This document shows, piece by piece, positions 1-9,735 of a stretch of 64,000 bases of DNA; within the stretch, counting starts at the first letter, position 1, and each line of letters starts with the position of its first letter. The stretch spans positions 896,001-960,000 of the forward strand of contig CAWHBU010000003.1 of the NCBI GenBank assembly GCA_963827685.1, read 5' to 3'. The notes under the pieces were generated by a model that saw only the letters and a program-made list of their open reading frames with translations, was not told where the DNA came from and did no database searches. The position numbers were made by a program, and so were the translations under genes. Source of the stretch: an uncultured delta proteobacterium. Its GTDB lineage: Bacteria; Desulfobacterota; BSN033; UBA1163.

Positions 1-145
1 TTGCCAGGTCTCAATCTTATCAGGTATTGTTGCCATTTATTTCACCCCTTTCTTGTTTTGAAATATTAATTTCCTGCCTACCGCAATCAGGCATTTCGTG
101 TTTTATTCGCATTCCTCCTTTCTGATCAAATTTTCGCAATTGCGT

Positions 146-901
146 TTAGGTCATTCCGAGTCCGCCATCTACACAGAAGAGCTGGCCGGTGATATAGTTC
201 GACTCGTCCGATGCCAAGAAGACGAAGGTGAAAGCTACCTCTTCTGGTTCCGCAAATCGGCCCAGCAAGATCCTGCCCGTATAAATCCCCATCAGCTTTG
301 GGTCTGCTTTAACCTTCTCAAACATCTCGGTACTGACATATCCCGGCTGGACCACATTCACCGTAATCCCATAACCCGCCAATTCTCGTGCAGCCGACTT
401 GGTTAGAGCGACGATCCCTCCTTTTGCTGAACTATAGTTGATCTGTCCTTTTGTGCCCCACAACCCAGCTGAGGAAGTCATATTGATGATCTTACCACTT
501 TTTTGTTCCATCATGTACTTAGAAGCTGCCTGGATGCACAGGAAGGGTCCTTTGAGGTGGATGTCGATCACTTCGTTCCACTGTTCCTCTGTCATTTTGT
601 AGAGCATATTGGGTTTCGATACTCCTGCATTGTTCACCAGAATGTCAATCTTTCCGAAGTGGTCAATGGCTGTTTGGATAATTCTTTCTACGTCGGCCTT
701 CACTGCCACATTCCCCTTCACAGCTACTGCTCTTCTTCCCATCTTTTTAATCATTTCAACAACTTCTTGTGCTGGTTGATCTTTACTCGCATAATTGACG
801 ACAACGTCGGCTCCTTCCTTTGCATAGGCAAGGCAAACCGCCCTGCCGATACCTCTTCCTCCACCCGTAACGACTGCAACCTTACCTTCGAGTCTACCCA
901 T
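146..901 (-). CDS. fabG: Short-chain dehydrogenase/reductase, 3-oxoacyl-ACP/CoA reductase (FabG-like)
   Basis: TGGGRGIG Rossmann motif, NNAG, YxxxK (YSSAK), 251 aa. Confidence 0.85.
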   Translation of the reverse strand: MGRLEGKVAVVTGGGRGIGRAVCLAYAKEGADVVVNYASKDQPAQEVVEMIKKMGRRAVAVKGNVAVKADVERIIQTAIDHFGKIDILVNNAGVSKPNMLYKMTEEQWNEVIDIHLKGPFLCIQAASKYMMEQKSGKIINMTSSAGLWGTKGQINYSSAKGGIVALTKSAARELAGYGITVNVVQPGYVSTEMFEKVKADPKLMGIYTGRILLGRFAEPEEVAFTFVFLASDESNYITGQLFCVDGGLGMT

Positions 902-1034
902 CAGATCCTCCTTCTTTCACTTTTTTCTAAAAACCTCCGTGATATTTAACTCTTCCTGTCAAGGCCTGCTTCTCGTTTGATCAAACATCCTTCACCTTCA
1001 TTCATTGTCAACACTTCTCTTTCATAAACAGCCA

Positions 1035-1673
1035 TCACGGATTCTTCCCTTTCACGTTCGTTTTCCCCTTTACCTTATACCCTATCAATCCCCTGCATAA
1101 AATGTCAATGATAATCCCCGAAAGCTCTCTGGGAGTCATGGATCCTTTCGGATCGTACCAAAAATAGATTCCATTGCATGTCCCGAACAGAATGAAGGTG
1201 AGCACTTTCAATCGATCTTCCGAAACCTGGCCACCCAAAAAGTTTGAAAGAACGCTGCTGACAATTCGGTGATATTGCCTCTCTTGTTCACCAATGATTT
1301 TGAAATACTCTGAAGGGAGCAGGTGCCCTTCGTGGATCGTTGTTTTGGCTTCAGCAATATATTTCGTGTAAAATCCTATATGACGGGAGATGATAAATTG
1401 AATTTTCTCAAAATGATCCTCGATCTTCGTCAATTCCTGCTCCAAATCTTTCAAAAGGAGACCCATGAAATTGGTCGAAATAAAATAGAGGATTTCATTC
1501 TTGCTTGAAAAATAATGGTAAATGCCCCCTTTGCTCAATTTGGCTGCCGTCGAAATATCGTCCATACTCGTTTCCAAAAAGCCTCTCTCGTTGAATAGCT
1601 TGGCAGCTACTTTGGCGATGCCCGTCATTTTACCCAATTCCTTTTGGGTTAGCTGTTTCAGGTATTTTTCCAT
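1035..1673 (-). CDS. TetR/AcrR family transcriptional regulator
   Basis: N-terminal HTH (LFNERGFLETSMDDIS...SKGGIYHYFSSK); KstR2-like C-terminus (WYDPKG). Confidence 0.9.
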   Translation of the reverse strand: MEKYLKQLTQKELGKMTGIAKVAAKLFNERGFLETSMDDISTAAKLSKGGIYHYFSSKNEILYFISTNFMGLLLKDLEQELTKIEDHFEKIQFIISRHIGFYTKYIAEAKTTIHEGHLLPSEYFKIIGEQERQYHRIVSSVLSNFLGGQVSEDRLKVLTFILFGTCNGIYFWYDPKGSMTPRELSGIIIDILCRGLIGYKVKGKTNVKGKNP

Positions 1674-1721
1674 AGAGACGTGTCAAAAAGCGTTCTAGAA
1701 AAAACGACTATTTGGTTTAAT

Positions 1722-1766
1722 CCGACTGGTCGGTCGAAAAATAGCACAGGCGTTTTTCTTTGTCAA
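1722..1766 (-). promoter_or_regulatory. Sigma70 promoter of the TetR gene with a palindromic operator just downstream
   Basis: Minus strand TTGACA-17 nt-TATTTT with TG extension, followed by inverted repeat CCGAC-N2-GTCGG (1722-1733). Confidence 0.65.
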
Positions 1767-1936
1767 GAAAAAATTCCCGCACAGAAAGATTAATATTCCC
1801 GGGATGTCAATCTGGATGGAGGGGGCTTAAGAAAGGACGAGGGGGACAAGGTTGAATTTGAAACAGGATGGGTTACGGGAAGACTTAAATGGACACCTCT
1901 ATGCACAGAGTGGAGGAATGCCTGTCGATGGCTGAA

Positions 1937-2395
1937 TTATTCAAGTTTCAGTTGTAAGTTAATCAAATCACTTCCTCTTGTAAATCCCATCGCATGGTAG
2001 AATTTGAGGAGATCCCAATCGTTCCAATTTACTAAGGTGTAAACGACATTCGCGCCAATCGCTTTGAGATTTTTGATAAATTCTTGACTCAATTTTCTGG
2101 CAACACCTTTATGTTGGTAATCCGGGTCGACACCAATCGTGCTGATCCATCCCACTATTTCCGGAATGCCAAACTCCCAACCACTCACCTCACCCACGAT
2201 AAACCCTATCACTTTCCCTTCGAGTTCAGCGGCTAGACCCGATAGGGGGTATCGGGAGCTAGGAACCTCGATCTTCTCTCCCCAAAAATCTCGCCTGGCT
2301 TCACCCGAGACCTTCAGATCAATTTCAACAATCGCGTCCAGATCCCCAATGGTCAGAGGTCGTATATTCAATTTTGCCAAAAATTCCTCTTCCAT
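1937..2395 (-). CDS. GNAT family N-acetyltransferase
   Basis: IGVDPDYQHKGVA acetyl-CoA motif, FYHAMGF; start moved to MEEEF, which follows a GGAGG RBS. Confidence 0.85.
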   Translation of the reverse strand: MEEEFLAKLNIRPLTIGDLDAIVEIDLKVSGEARRDFWGEKIEVPSSRYPLSGLAAELEGKVIGFIVGEVSGWEFGIPEIVGWISTIGVDPDYQHKGVARKLSQEFIKNLKAIGANVVYTLVNWNDWDLLKFYHAMGFTRGSDLINLQLKLE

Positions 2396-2423
2396 CGGCT
2401 GCCCCTCCCCTTTTACTTTGTGA

Positions 2424-2639
2424 CTATTCAATCACAGCGATCACTGCCTCTGCCTCGACCTCCTGACCTGCGGCCACATGAATCTCCTTCACCGTTCCGG
2501 TGACCGGAGCCACAATAGGCATCTCCATTTTCATCGCCTCTAATACAGCGACCTGATCATCCTCCTTGATCTTATCTCCCACCTTTACTGAAACTGAGAC
2601 AATCTTGCCTACCATCGGTACAGTCACTGGTGTCCCCAT
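2424..2639 (-). CDS. Stand-alone biotin carboxyl carrier protein
   Basis: EAMKM biotinylation motif, 71 aa, GGAGG RBS. Confidence 0.9.
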   Translation of the reverse strand: MGTPVTVPMVGKIVSVSVKVGDKIKEDDQVAVLEAMKMEMPIVAPVTGTVKEIHVAAGQEVEAEAVIAVIE

Positions 2640-3140
2640 GATATTCTCCTCCCAAGAAACAAATTTTTATTTAAAACCTCCCATTTCTTGCAATGGCGAT
2701 TTCTCGTTTTGTTTCCTGTCCTTTTGCAAACTTAGAATCCATGGAATCGCATTTTTGCGATTAGATTGTGCAATGAATAACAAACTCTTCCTTTTTTGTC
2801 AAGATAATTGAAATGGCGTCTCCGAGTTTTTGGCAGCCATACGGAGGTTCCCCAAGATTTTGAGGAAAGAAAGTTTAGTTAGCATTTTAGTTATGTTAGT
2901 TTTTCTGAACGATTGAAGGGAGATTTGATATCCTTCTTCCTTCAACATATCGATATTTGTGCATAATAACATTTCTTAAAACCTAAGGAAACTCCAGAAA
3001 AAGTTTGAAAAAGAATTCATCTATTGAATTTATCCCAAAAAAGATGCATAATTCCCCCACTCATTTAAGCACTAATCGAATGAAGGTCACTTCATTCGGT
3101 CATATTTTTCACATAGATATAATCGAAAGGCAGGACGGAG

Positions 3141-4322
3141 ATGGACTTTGATCTAACCCCGGAACAGGCAGCTTTGGAGCAGGCAGTCATTGATTTTGCC
3201 AAGAAAGAGATTGTCCCGAATTTGGAAAATGAAGAATTTAACCGAGAACTTGTAAGGAAAATGGGAGCCTTAGGCTTTTTTGGCTGTGCATTTCCTTTGG
3301 GTATGGGAGGAACAGATTTTGGTTCCCTTACCCATTCCATTGTCTGTGAAATCGTCTCCACATACGATTCTGGGTTACGCAGCCTTTTCAACCTTCAGGC
3401 CATGACCGTGCCTTATACCATGATGGAATGGGGGAACGAAGTTGTCCGAAAGAAATACGTTAAACCCTTGGTCTTGGCCGAGAAACTGGGTTGCACATGT
3501 TTCTCCGAACCCAATGCGGGATCAGACATTGCCGCGATTGAAACCCAAGTGGTGGACAAGGGAGATCATTACGTTTTCAATGGGACGAAGACCTGGATCT
3601 CTAACGGAACATTAGCCGATTATGCCTTGGTCTATTGTACCCATGATCGATCCCTCAAACGTAATGGCCTCTGTGCCATCGTCGTGGAGACAAATCAGCC
3701 TGGCTGGCAGGCCAGTGAAATTAAGAAGTTGGGTGACAAATCCTCACCCATCGCCGAGATCTTTCTTGACGATGTCATCGCACCAAAAGAGAACCTCTTG
3801 GGTGAATGGGGAGGTGGTTTCAAAATCGCCATGGCTGCCCTGGACAGAGGTCGGATCAGTGTAGCCAGTGGTGCTTTGGGAATTTGTCAGGCCTGCCTCA
3901 ATGACTCTGTGAAGTACGCTAACGAGCGTAAACAATTTGGCAGGCACATCCGTGACTATCAGATGGTAAAGCAAATCATTGCCGATATGTCCACGTATAT
4001 GGAGGCTGCCCGTTTACTGGTTCGGTGGGCTGCCTGGCGGAATGATCAGGGAAAGCCATTTACCCGGGAGATCGCCATTGCCAAGTACTTTGCAGGTGAA
4101 GCGGCTGTGCGCGCCGCAGGATGGGCTATGGAGATTTACGGTGGGATGGGCTATTCTTTAGATCTTCCTGCAGAAAAATATTACCGCGACTGCAAAGCCT
4201 ACCAGATCGCTGAAGGAACGGCCAACATCATGCGCTTAATCATCGCTGACGACGCACTGGGAGTGAAGAAGGCCAATCGCCCCCGGTTGAAGATTCCCAG
4301 CGACTTTAAAGATCTGGAATGA
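3141..4322 (+). CDS. Acyl-CoA dehydrogenase (resembles the non-decarboxylating glutaryl-CoA dehydrogenase type)
   Basis: SEPNAGSD, NGTKTWISN, RKQFG, EGTANI motifs; C-terminal LGVKKANR; subtype is inference. Confidence 0.85.
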   Translation: MDFDLTPEQAALEQAVIDFAKKEIVPNLENEEFNRELVRKMGALGFFGCAFPLGMGGTDFGSLTHSIVCEIVSTYDSGLRSLFNLQAMTVPYTMMEWGNEVVRKKYVKPLVLAEKLGCTCFSEPNAGSDIAAIETQVVDKGDHYVFNGTKTWISNGTLADYALVYCTHDRSLKRNGLCAIVVETNQPGWQASEIKKLGDKSSPIAEIFLDDVIAPKENLLGEWGGGFKIAMAALDRGRISVASGALGICQACLNDSVKYANERKQFGRHIRDYQMVKQIIADMSTYMEAARLLVRWAAWRNDQGKPFTREIAIAKYFAGEAAVRAAGWAMEIYGGMGYSLDLPAEKYYRDCKAYQIAEGTANIMRLIIADDALGVKKANRPRLKIPSDFKDLE

Positions 4323-4664
4323 TAGTTAAACCAGAAATGGCTTAGAAAACCAAACCTCTATCGCTTTGATTACTCTCAGAACCTTCCGGAGTTGTGTTTC
4401 TTTCCACAGCCGTCTATCCCTTGCTGATGGAACGGTGGAAGATGGGTTAGAGGTCAATCTTCGTTTCATTTGGATGAAAAGATCCAAGGCCGCGTACTTG
4501 CCTCATCTCCATGGATAGCGAAGGATAGTGAAGGTGTCCCACGACATTTCATCATCACCGCGATGTGGGTGCTTTCGGAACCGATCTGTCTATTTCGATG
4601 CCACGTTATCAGAGACCTCGGCAATAGCCTTGACAAAGGCAGATGAATGGGCAATAAGTAAAAA

Positions 4665-5099
4665 ATGAGAACAATGGGTTTAGACGTTGGTTCACATACC
4701 ATCGGGATTGCGATCAGCGATGAGTTGGGGATAACAGCCCAAGGTCTCAAAACCCTCAAGAGGAAATCGACGGAAGACGATTTAAAAGAAATCGCCACGA
4801 TCATTGGTCAATTCGAAATTGAAAAAATTGTGGTCGGACTTCCTAAAAACATGGACGGAACTTTTGGGAAACAGGTAGAATTCGTCCTCAAGTGGATTAA
4901 CGTCTTAATGGATACGATTCAAGTTCCGGTGGTCACTTGGGATGAACGGCTCTCAACCGTTGGTGCCTCCAAGGTTTTATTGGAAGCAGATCTCTCGAGA
5001 AGAAAAAGGAAGAAGGTCATCGACAAACTGGCCGCCGTCCTCATCCTTCAAGGATACTTAGACCAAAGCAGGAGAACAAACCATGGCGCGCTCTCTTAG
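4665..5099 (+). CDS. ruvX: YqgF/RuvX RNase H-fold nuclease
   Basis: GLDVG, VVGLP, WDERLST, IDKLAAVLILQGYL; adjacent to mltG. Confidence 0.92.
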   Translation: MRTMGLDVGSHTIGIAISDELGITAQGLKTLKRKSTEDDLKEIATIIGQFEIEKIVVGLPKNMDGTFGKQVEFVLKWINVLMDTIQVPVVTWDERLSTVGASKVLLEADLSRRKRKKVIDKLAAVLILQGYLDQSRRTNHGALS

Positions 5100-6114
5100 G
5101 AGCAAATTCCTGCTCCTCACGTCGGGTCTTCTCCTTTTCTTTTTTATTTTCGTTCTCTGTTGGTTCCTCTTTGTCCCCCCTTCGAAAACGGCGTCCACCA
5201 AGATCATCTTCATCAAAAAAGGAACTCCTCTCAAAAAGATTTCAGAAATACTCGAACAAGAAGGGATCATCAAAAATAGACGTTTTTTCGTTTTTCTCAC
5301 CACGATTCTCGGGAAAAAAACCAAGGTCAAAGCAGGGGAATATGAATTCCATACTCAAATGCTTCCCCTCGAAGTATTTGATGCTCTGGTCAAGGGGCAG
5401 GTGAAGCGTCATCTGGTGACCATCCCTGAAGGGTATACCCTTTCTCAAATTGCTCAGTTGCTGGAGGATTTAAATCTTGTGAAAAAAGAAGAGTTCCTCC
5501 AAAAGGCCTCTTCTCCTGCTTTCATCAACGTGCTCGGCCTCTCTCAATTAGCAGGACCGACCTTGGAAGGCTACCTCTTCCCTGACAGCTATCACCTGGT
5601 CAGGGAGATGGACCCGGAGGAAGCGATCCAGATGATGGTCCATCAGTTTAAAAAAGTCTTCGGACCAAACCTTTCGCATCGGGCATCTGAATTGGGAATT
5701 TCTGAAAGGGAAACAGTCATTCTGGCCTCCATCATCGAAAAAGAAACTTCCCTGCCCGAGGAGAAACCTTTGATCTCTGCTGTCTTCCACAATCGTTTAA
5801 AAAAGAAAATCCCTCTCCAAAGCGATCCCACCGTCATCTATGGCATTAAGAACTTTAGCCGGAATTTAACCAAAGAACATCTGTTGAGACCCACTCCTTA
5901 TAACACCTATCGCATCGCAGGACTTCCTCCCACCCCCATCTGTAACCCTGGGAAAGACTCCCTGCTGGCTGCCGTCCACCCTGCTTCTGTTCCTTATCTT
6001 TATTTCGTCTCCAAAAACGACGGGTCCCACTATTTTTCCTGCGATATCGAAGAACATAATCGAGCCGTTTGGAAATATCAAAAAAAGAGGTCTCCAAGAG
6101 AGGCGTTGAAATGA
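5083..6114 (+). CDS. mltG: Endolytic transglycosylase MltG (YceG)
   Basis: N-terminal TM, LEGYLFPD, ASIIEKE, LQSDPT, YNTY..GLPPTPICNPG. Confidence 0.95.
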   Translation: MARSLRSKFLLLTSGLLLFFFIFVLCWFLFVPPSKTASTKIIFIKKGTPLKKISEILEQEGIIKNRRFFVFLTTILGKKTKVKAGEYEFHTQMLPLEVFDALVKGQVKRHLVTIPEGYTLSQIAQLLEDLNLVKKEEFLQKASSPAFINVLGLSQLAGPTLEGYLFPDSYHLVREMDPEEAIQMMVHQFKKVFGPNLSHRASELGISERETVILASIIEKETSLPEEKPLISAVFHNRLKKKIPLQSDPTVIYGIKNFSRNLTKEHLLRPTPYNTYRIAGLPPTPICNPGKDSLLAAVHPASVPYLYFVSKNDGSHYFSCDIEEHNRAVWKYQKKRSPREALK

Positions 6115-6260
6115 TATCGAAGACCTCTGATAACACGGATTTCAAAAAATGATTAAACAGATTTTCTCCGTTTTCAATGTGTTTTTTTATCTGTGTAATC
6201 GTTTCATAATTTATGTAATCAGAGATTTCCGGATTTTTCCGGGAATCTCCAAAAAATGAC

Positions 6261-6289
6261 TTGAAAAAAAATGAATTCTCATTTATCTT
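6261..6289 (+). promoter_or_regulatory. Sigma70 promoter of the thiolase operon with an overlapping palindromic operator
   Basis: TTGAAA-17 nt-TATCTT with AAATGA-ATTC-TCATTT palindrome in the spacer. Confidence 0.5.
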
Positions 6290-6380
6290 TAATCCTCGTT
6301 AATCAATAAAAACATTTTCTCACCCCTCCCCTCTCCCCTCGGTGGAAAGGGTGGTGGGGAGAGTAAAAGGGAGGTTTATA

Positions 6381-7565
6381 ATGAAGAAAGACGTAGCGGT
6401 CATTGGTGTGGGCCAGAGCAGCTTCGTTAGAGGTTACGAGGGGTCTATCCGGGAACTGGCCTTCGAGGCCTTCAGGGAAGCCATGCAAGATGCAGGCATC
6501 ACCCAGAAAGATGTTGACGCTTCTGTTTTCTGTTCGGCCCCTGAATATGACAAACAACGCTCCCCAGCAGGCGTCCTCGCCGAATACCTGGGTCTTATTC
6601 CTCAGCCGACGTTTTACGTGGAGACCGTATGCTCTTCGAGTAGCACCGGTGTAAAAGTGGGATACAGCATGATCAAGTCTGGCCTCCACGACGTCGTCGT
6701 CGTCCTCGGGTTCCAGAAGATGTCCGAGATCACGTCTGCGGAATCCCAGGAGAGGATGGGCCGGGGCGCTGACATCCAGTGGGAGGCACCCTTTGGAACC
6801 ATGATGCCCGCGTATTACGCCCTCTATGCACAGGCCTACATGGCGAAGCACGGCTTGACCCACGATGACCTGATGGGTGTCAGGCTCAAATCGTCAACCT
6901 ATGGTGTGGTCAACGAGAGGGCGGTCTACAGGAAAGCGATCAAGCCGGAGGACTTTAAACAAGGCGATCCGGAAGCAAAGATGGCAGGCCCCGTGGCATG
7001 GCCGCTCCGGGTAGGTGACTGTTGTGCAAACGCGGACGGAAGTTCCTGTATCATTCTTGCCAATGCCAAAAAGGCAAAGGCCTTTTCCAACAAACCAATC
7101 TGGATCTTAGGTATCGGTGCGGTGTCAGAGGCAGTCAACATGGCAGCGAGACCCGATTTCGCCAAGGGGCTGAGTGTTGGCTACGGAGCAGCCGCTCAGG
7201 CATACAAGATGGCTGGAATCACCTCGAAGGATGTCAAAGTGGCCGAAGTGCATGACTGCTTCACCATCGCAGAGATCATGGCGTATGAGGGTCTTGGATT
7301 CGCGCCGGTGGGTGAAGGCAAGCAGCTTATTCGCGAGAAAGCGACGTACAAAGAAGGAAAGATCCCCGTGAACGTCGATGGCGGCCTCCTTTCAAAAGGC
7401 CATCCCATTGGTGCAACGGGTGGATCCCAGATCCGTACCATCGTTCTGCAGCTTCGCGGTGAGGCAGGCCCCATGCAGGTGCCGGGGGAGCCGGATATTG
7501 GCCTGGTACACAACATTGGCGGCGTTGGACTTTACGGAAACGTTACGATATTTGGCAGAAACTAA
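6381..7565 (+). CDS. Thiolase (SCP2/acetyl-CoA acetyltransferase type)
   Basis: VETVCSSS, EVHDCF, NVDGGLLSKGHPIGATG; ATG after GGAGG at 6381. Confidence 0.9.
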   Translation: MKKDVAVIGVGQSSFVRGYEGSIRELAFEAFREAMQDAGITQKDVDASVFCSAPEYDKQRSPAGVLAEYLGLIPQPTFYVETVCSSSSTGVKVGYSMIKSGLHDVVVVLGFQKMSEITSAESQERMGRGADIQWEAPFGTMMPAYYALYAQAYMAKHGLTHDDLMGVRLKSSTYGVVNERAVYRKAIKPEDFKQGDPEAKMAGPVAWPLRVGDCCANADGSSCIILANAKKAKAFSNKPIWILGIGAVSEAVNMAARPDFAKGLSVGYGAAAQAYKMAGITSKDVKVAEVHDCFTIAEIMAYEGLGFAPVGEGKQLIREKATYKEGKIPVNVDGGLLSKGHPIGATGGSQIRTIVLQLRGEAGPMQVPGEPDIGLVHNIGGVGLYGNVTIFGRN

Positions 7566-7769
7566 GAAAAGATCAATGCAAAATTAGCAGTGATCAATTA
7601 GCAATTTTCAATGAAAAACATAAAGAGAAATTACTTTTCTCAGGTTGTGATGAAGGGATGAAAATAGAAGCCTCTCATTCCTACGGGAAAAGAGATCTGT
7701 TTTCTTTTACTGCAAATTGATAATTGCTAATTGCCCATTTTGCACTGATTATTTAAATGGAGGTGAGGT

Positions 7770-8183
7770 ATGGGGTTCGAGAAATTCGGAAGGAAAAGCT
7801 TTACGGCCGTCACCAAGACGGCAAAGTTTGTCGATCTTCTTGCAGAAGGGAAAATTGAAGGGACCGTTTGTAAAGATTGCGGTGCAAGATTCTTCCCTCC
7901 ACGGGCCGACTGCGCAAAATGTTTCTCAAAGAACATGGACTGGTTTGAGATGCCCAAGAAAGGCAAACTCGAAACCTTTACCACCGCCTATTATGCACCG
8001 TTTGGCTTTGAGGCGGACCCGCCCTATACCATGGGTGTTGTGGACTTTGGCAATGGTCTGAAGCTCTTCGCCCGGATGGCAAAAGACATAAAGCCTGAAG
8101 AGGTAAAGATGGGCATGGACGTGATCGTCAGACCTTTGAAATACGCAGATGATCAGCTTTCCTTTGAGATTGCGAAGGCCTGA
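7770..8183 (+). CDS. Zn-ribbon/OB-fold protein (DUF35), thiolase partner
   Basis: CKDCG...PPRADCAKC zinc ribbon plus OB fold; typical pairing with this thiolase type. Confidence 0.9.
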   Translation: MGFEKFGRKSFTAVTKTAKFVDLLAEGKIEGTVCKDCGARFFPPRADCAKCFSKNMDWFEMPKKGKLETFTTAYYAPFGFEADPPYTMGVVDFGNGLKLFARMAKDIKPEEVKMGMDVIVRPLKYADDQLSFEIAKA

Positions 8184-8218
8184 CCGTCAGAATCTGCTAT
8201 CGGAGGCCAGGGTGATCC

Positions 8219-8476
8219 ATGTCCCCTCCATTTAATCGTCTTGACGGATACAGCATTTTCGATGATAAAGGCGAGGTGAAGCGTCTCGTCGAAGGCTTAA
8301 TCCGGGACAGGGACCCCGATGTAACCATTGAAAGTATGAGAAAGATGGATTATTGCTACCTCTTTACACTTTCTAAAAGAGGCATGACCACAGAAGTTGA
8401 ACTGCTCCGAGCTGGAATCGAAGAGAGCGGGGAGTGGAGAAAAGGGAAAATCGACGAAGCCCTCATCGGGCTTTAA
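8219..8476 (+). CDS. Hypothetical protein, possibly truncated
   Basis: 85-aa ORF with plausible RBS; no recognised motif. Confidence 0.45.
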   Translation: MSPPFNRLDGYSIFDDKGEVKRLVEGLIRDRDPDVTIESMRKMDYCYLFTLSKRGMTTEVELLRAGIEESGEWRKGKIDEALIGL

Positions 8477-8501
8477 CCCCTTTGTCTTTCGAAAAACCTT
8501 G

Positions 8502-9302
8502 TTACCGATACATCTCCTTGGCAGCCAAATTTTCAGGATCAACTTCGGTCGTTGAAAGATCAACGATCCACGTCCTGATTAAGGACGGACCCGCCCCTTC
8601 TCCCGAAGACTGCGTGACCCGATACTTATTCTTTCCGATCTCCTTCGCTTCATACTTCCATTTTAGATTTGGAAAAGATCGTGTTCTCTCTTCGATCATC
8701 CTCATTTCGACAGATCTCTTCTTACCCGTTGCGGGATCAGTCAGAGTGGGATGACTCCTTACCAACTCCACGGCCTTAGAAGCACGAGCCTTCGATTGAC
8801 TCAAACTTGTCTTGCTCGCACTTGCTTTCATCGGAACGGAGATGAGACTCCCTTCCGTAATCTTTATCTCCAAATAGTTCCCATCCGCACTCAAGTAGCC
8901 TATTTGACCCGTGTCAAATTTTACCTGATAGAAATTCATTGTCCCCAAACGATTCTTAACCACCTCCATAATGACGAGCCCTTCCTTCTCTCTCTTCACT
9001 CTCAATTTTCTTCCCAGATCATCCGGGGATTCATAGAACTCTGCGGGATTAACTGTCGGAACGGTCATCAACCGTTTGCCAATGTTTCTTTTCAATTTGG
9101 CAAGCTTCTCTTTTTCATACTCCTCGATGGCCGGAATAGGACCGACTTTCGAATCCTCCTTAGGAGAAGACCCTTCCTCATTCTTCGCCAATAGGGATAA
9201 AGAATCTTTAAGAGAATGCTGACCGAGGCACGGGTAGGTTGGAATGAAGGAGAAATAGAGAAAAGCAATGAATACGATCAAAATAGGCAGGCGGGTATTC
9301 AT
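8502..9302 (-). CDS. Hypothetical exported/membrane-anchored protein
   Basis: Hydrophobic N-terminus, GGAGG RBS, 266 aa. Confidence 0.75.
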   Translation of the reverse strand: MNTRLPILIVFIAFLYFSFIPTYPCLGQHSLKDSLSLLAKNEEGSSPKEDSKVGPIPAIEEYEKEKLAKLKRNIGKRLMTVPTVNPAEFYESPDDLGRKLRVKREKEGLVIMEVVKNRLGTMNFYQVKFDTGQIGYLSADGNYLEIKITEGSLISVPMKASASKTSLSQSKARASKAVELVRSHPTLTDPATGKKRSVEMRMIEERTRSFPNLKWKYEAKEIGKNKYRVTQSSGEGAGPSLIRTWIVDLSTTEVDPENLAAKEMYR

Positions 9303-9330
9303 GGATCAATCCTCCCGTTAAATTATCGCA

Positions 9331-9346
9331 TGCAAATACGATGCCC
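9331..9346 (-). promoter_or_regulatory. Putative sigma54 promoter
   Basis: GGGCAT-CGTAT-TTGCA, correct -24/-12 spacing, about 30 nt upstream of 9302. Confidence 0.5.
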
Positions 9347-9440
9347 TCTTCCAAAATTCATAACTCATTGAAATTCCTAAATCCGTAAAGGAGTACTTTT
9401 AAGGAGCTTGATCCGAAACATATCTTTTGTCCAATTTTGT

Positions 9441-9548
9441 GAAGCTCCACGCCCTATAGGGCGGGGCTTCCCGGCGAGGTAGTTTCCGTTTGTATTGTGC
9501 CCCTCGACCCCACCCTAAAAGGGTAGGACCGGGGCAGTTGCCGGCCAA
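9441..9548. mobile_element. Non-autonomous palindrome-associated element (IS200/IS605-type ends, no ORF)
   Basis: Two GC-rich hairpins (GAAGCTCCACGCCC-TATA-GGGCGGGGCTTC; GCCCC...ACCC-TAAAA-GGGT...GGGGC) about 30 nt apart. Confidence 0.5.
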
Positions 9549-9735
9549 AATCATAATCTGTTGCAGGCAACACGCAAAACCCAGTGAGACGAAAGAAAGG
9601 AACAATTAGAAAACCAGAATGTTTCTTCCAACTGCAAAGCGTGCGGGTTAGCCTACGATAGAATTCGCTGATTTACGATTGAAAGAGAAAGTAATGGTAT
9701 TTAGTAAGTTGGAGCAGTTCTGAGATATTGGGTCA

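Noticed and set aside
4338-4620. Possible remnant of a REP-associated tyrosine transposase (RKPNLYRFDYSQ)
   Set aside because: Only a short motif-like resemblance, with no HUH motif in a continuous frame.
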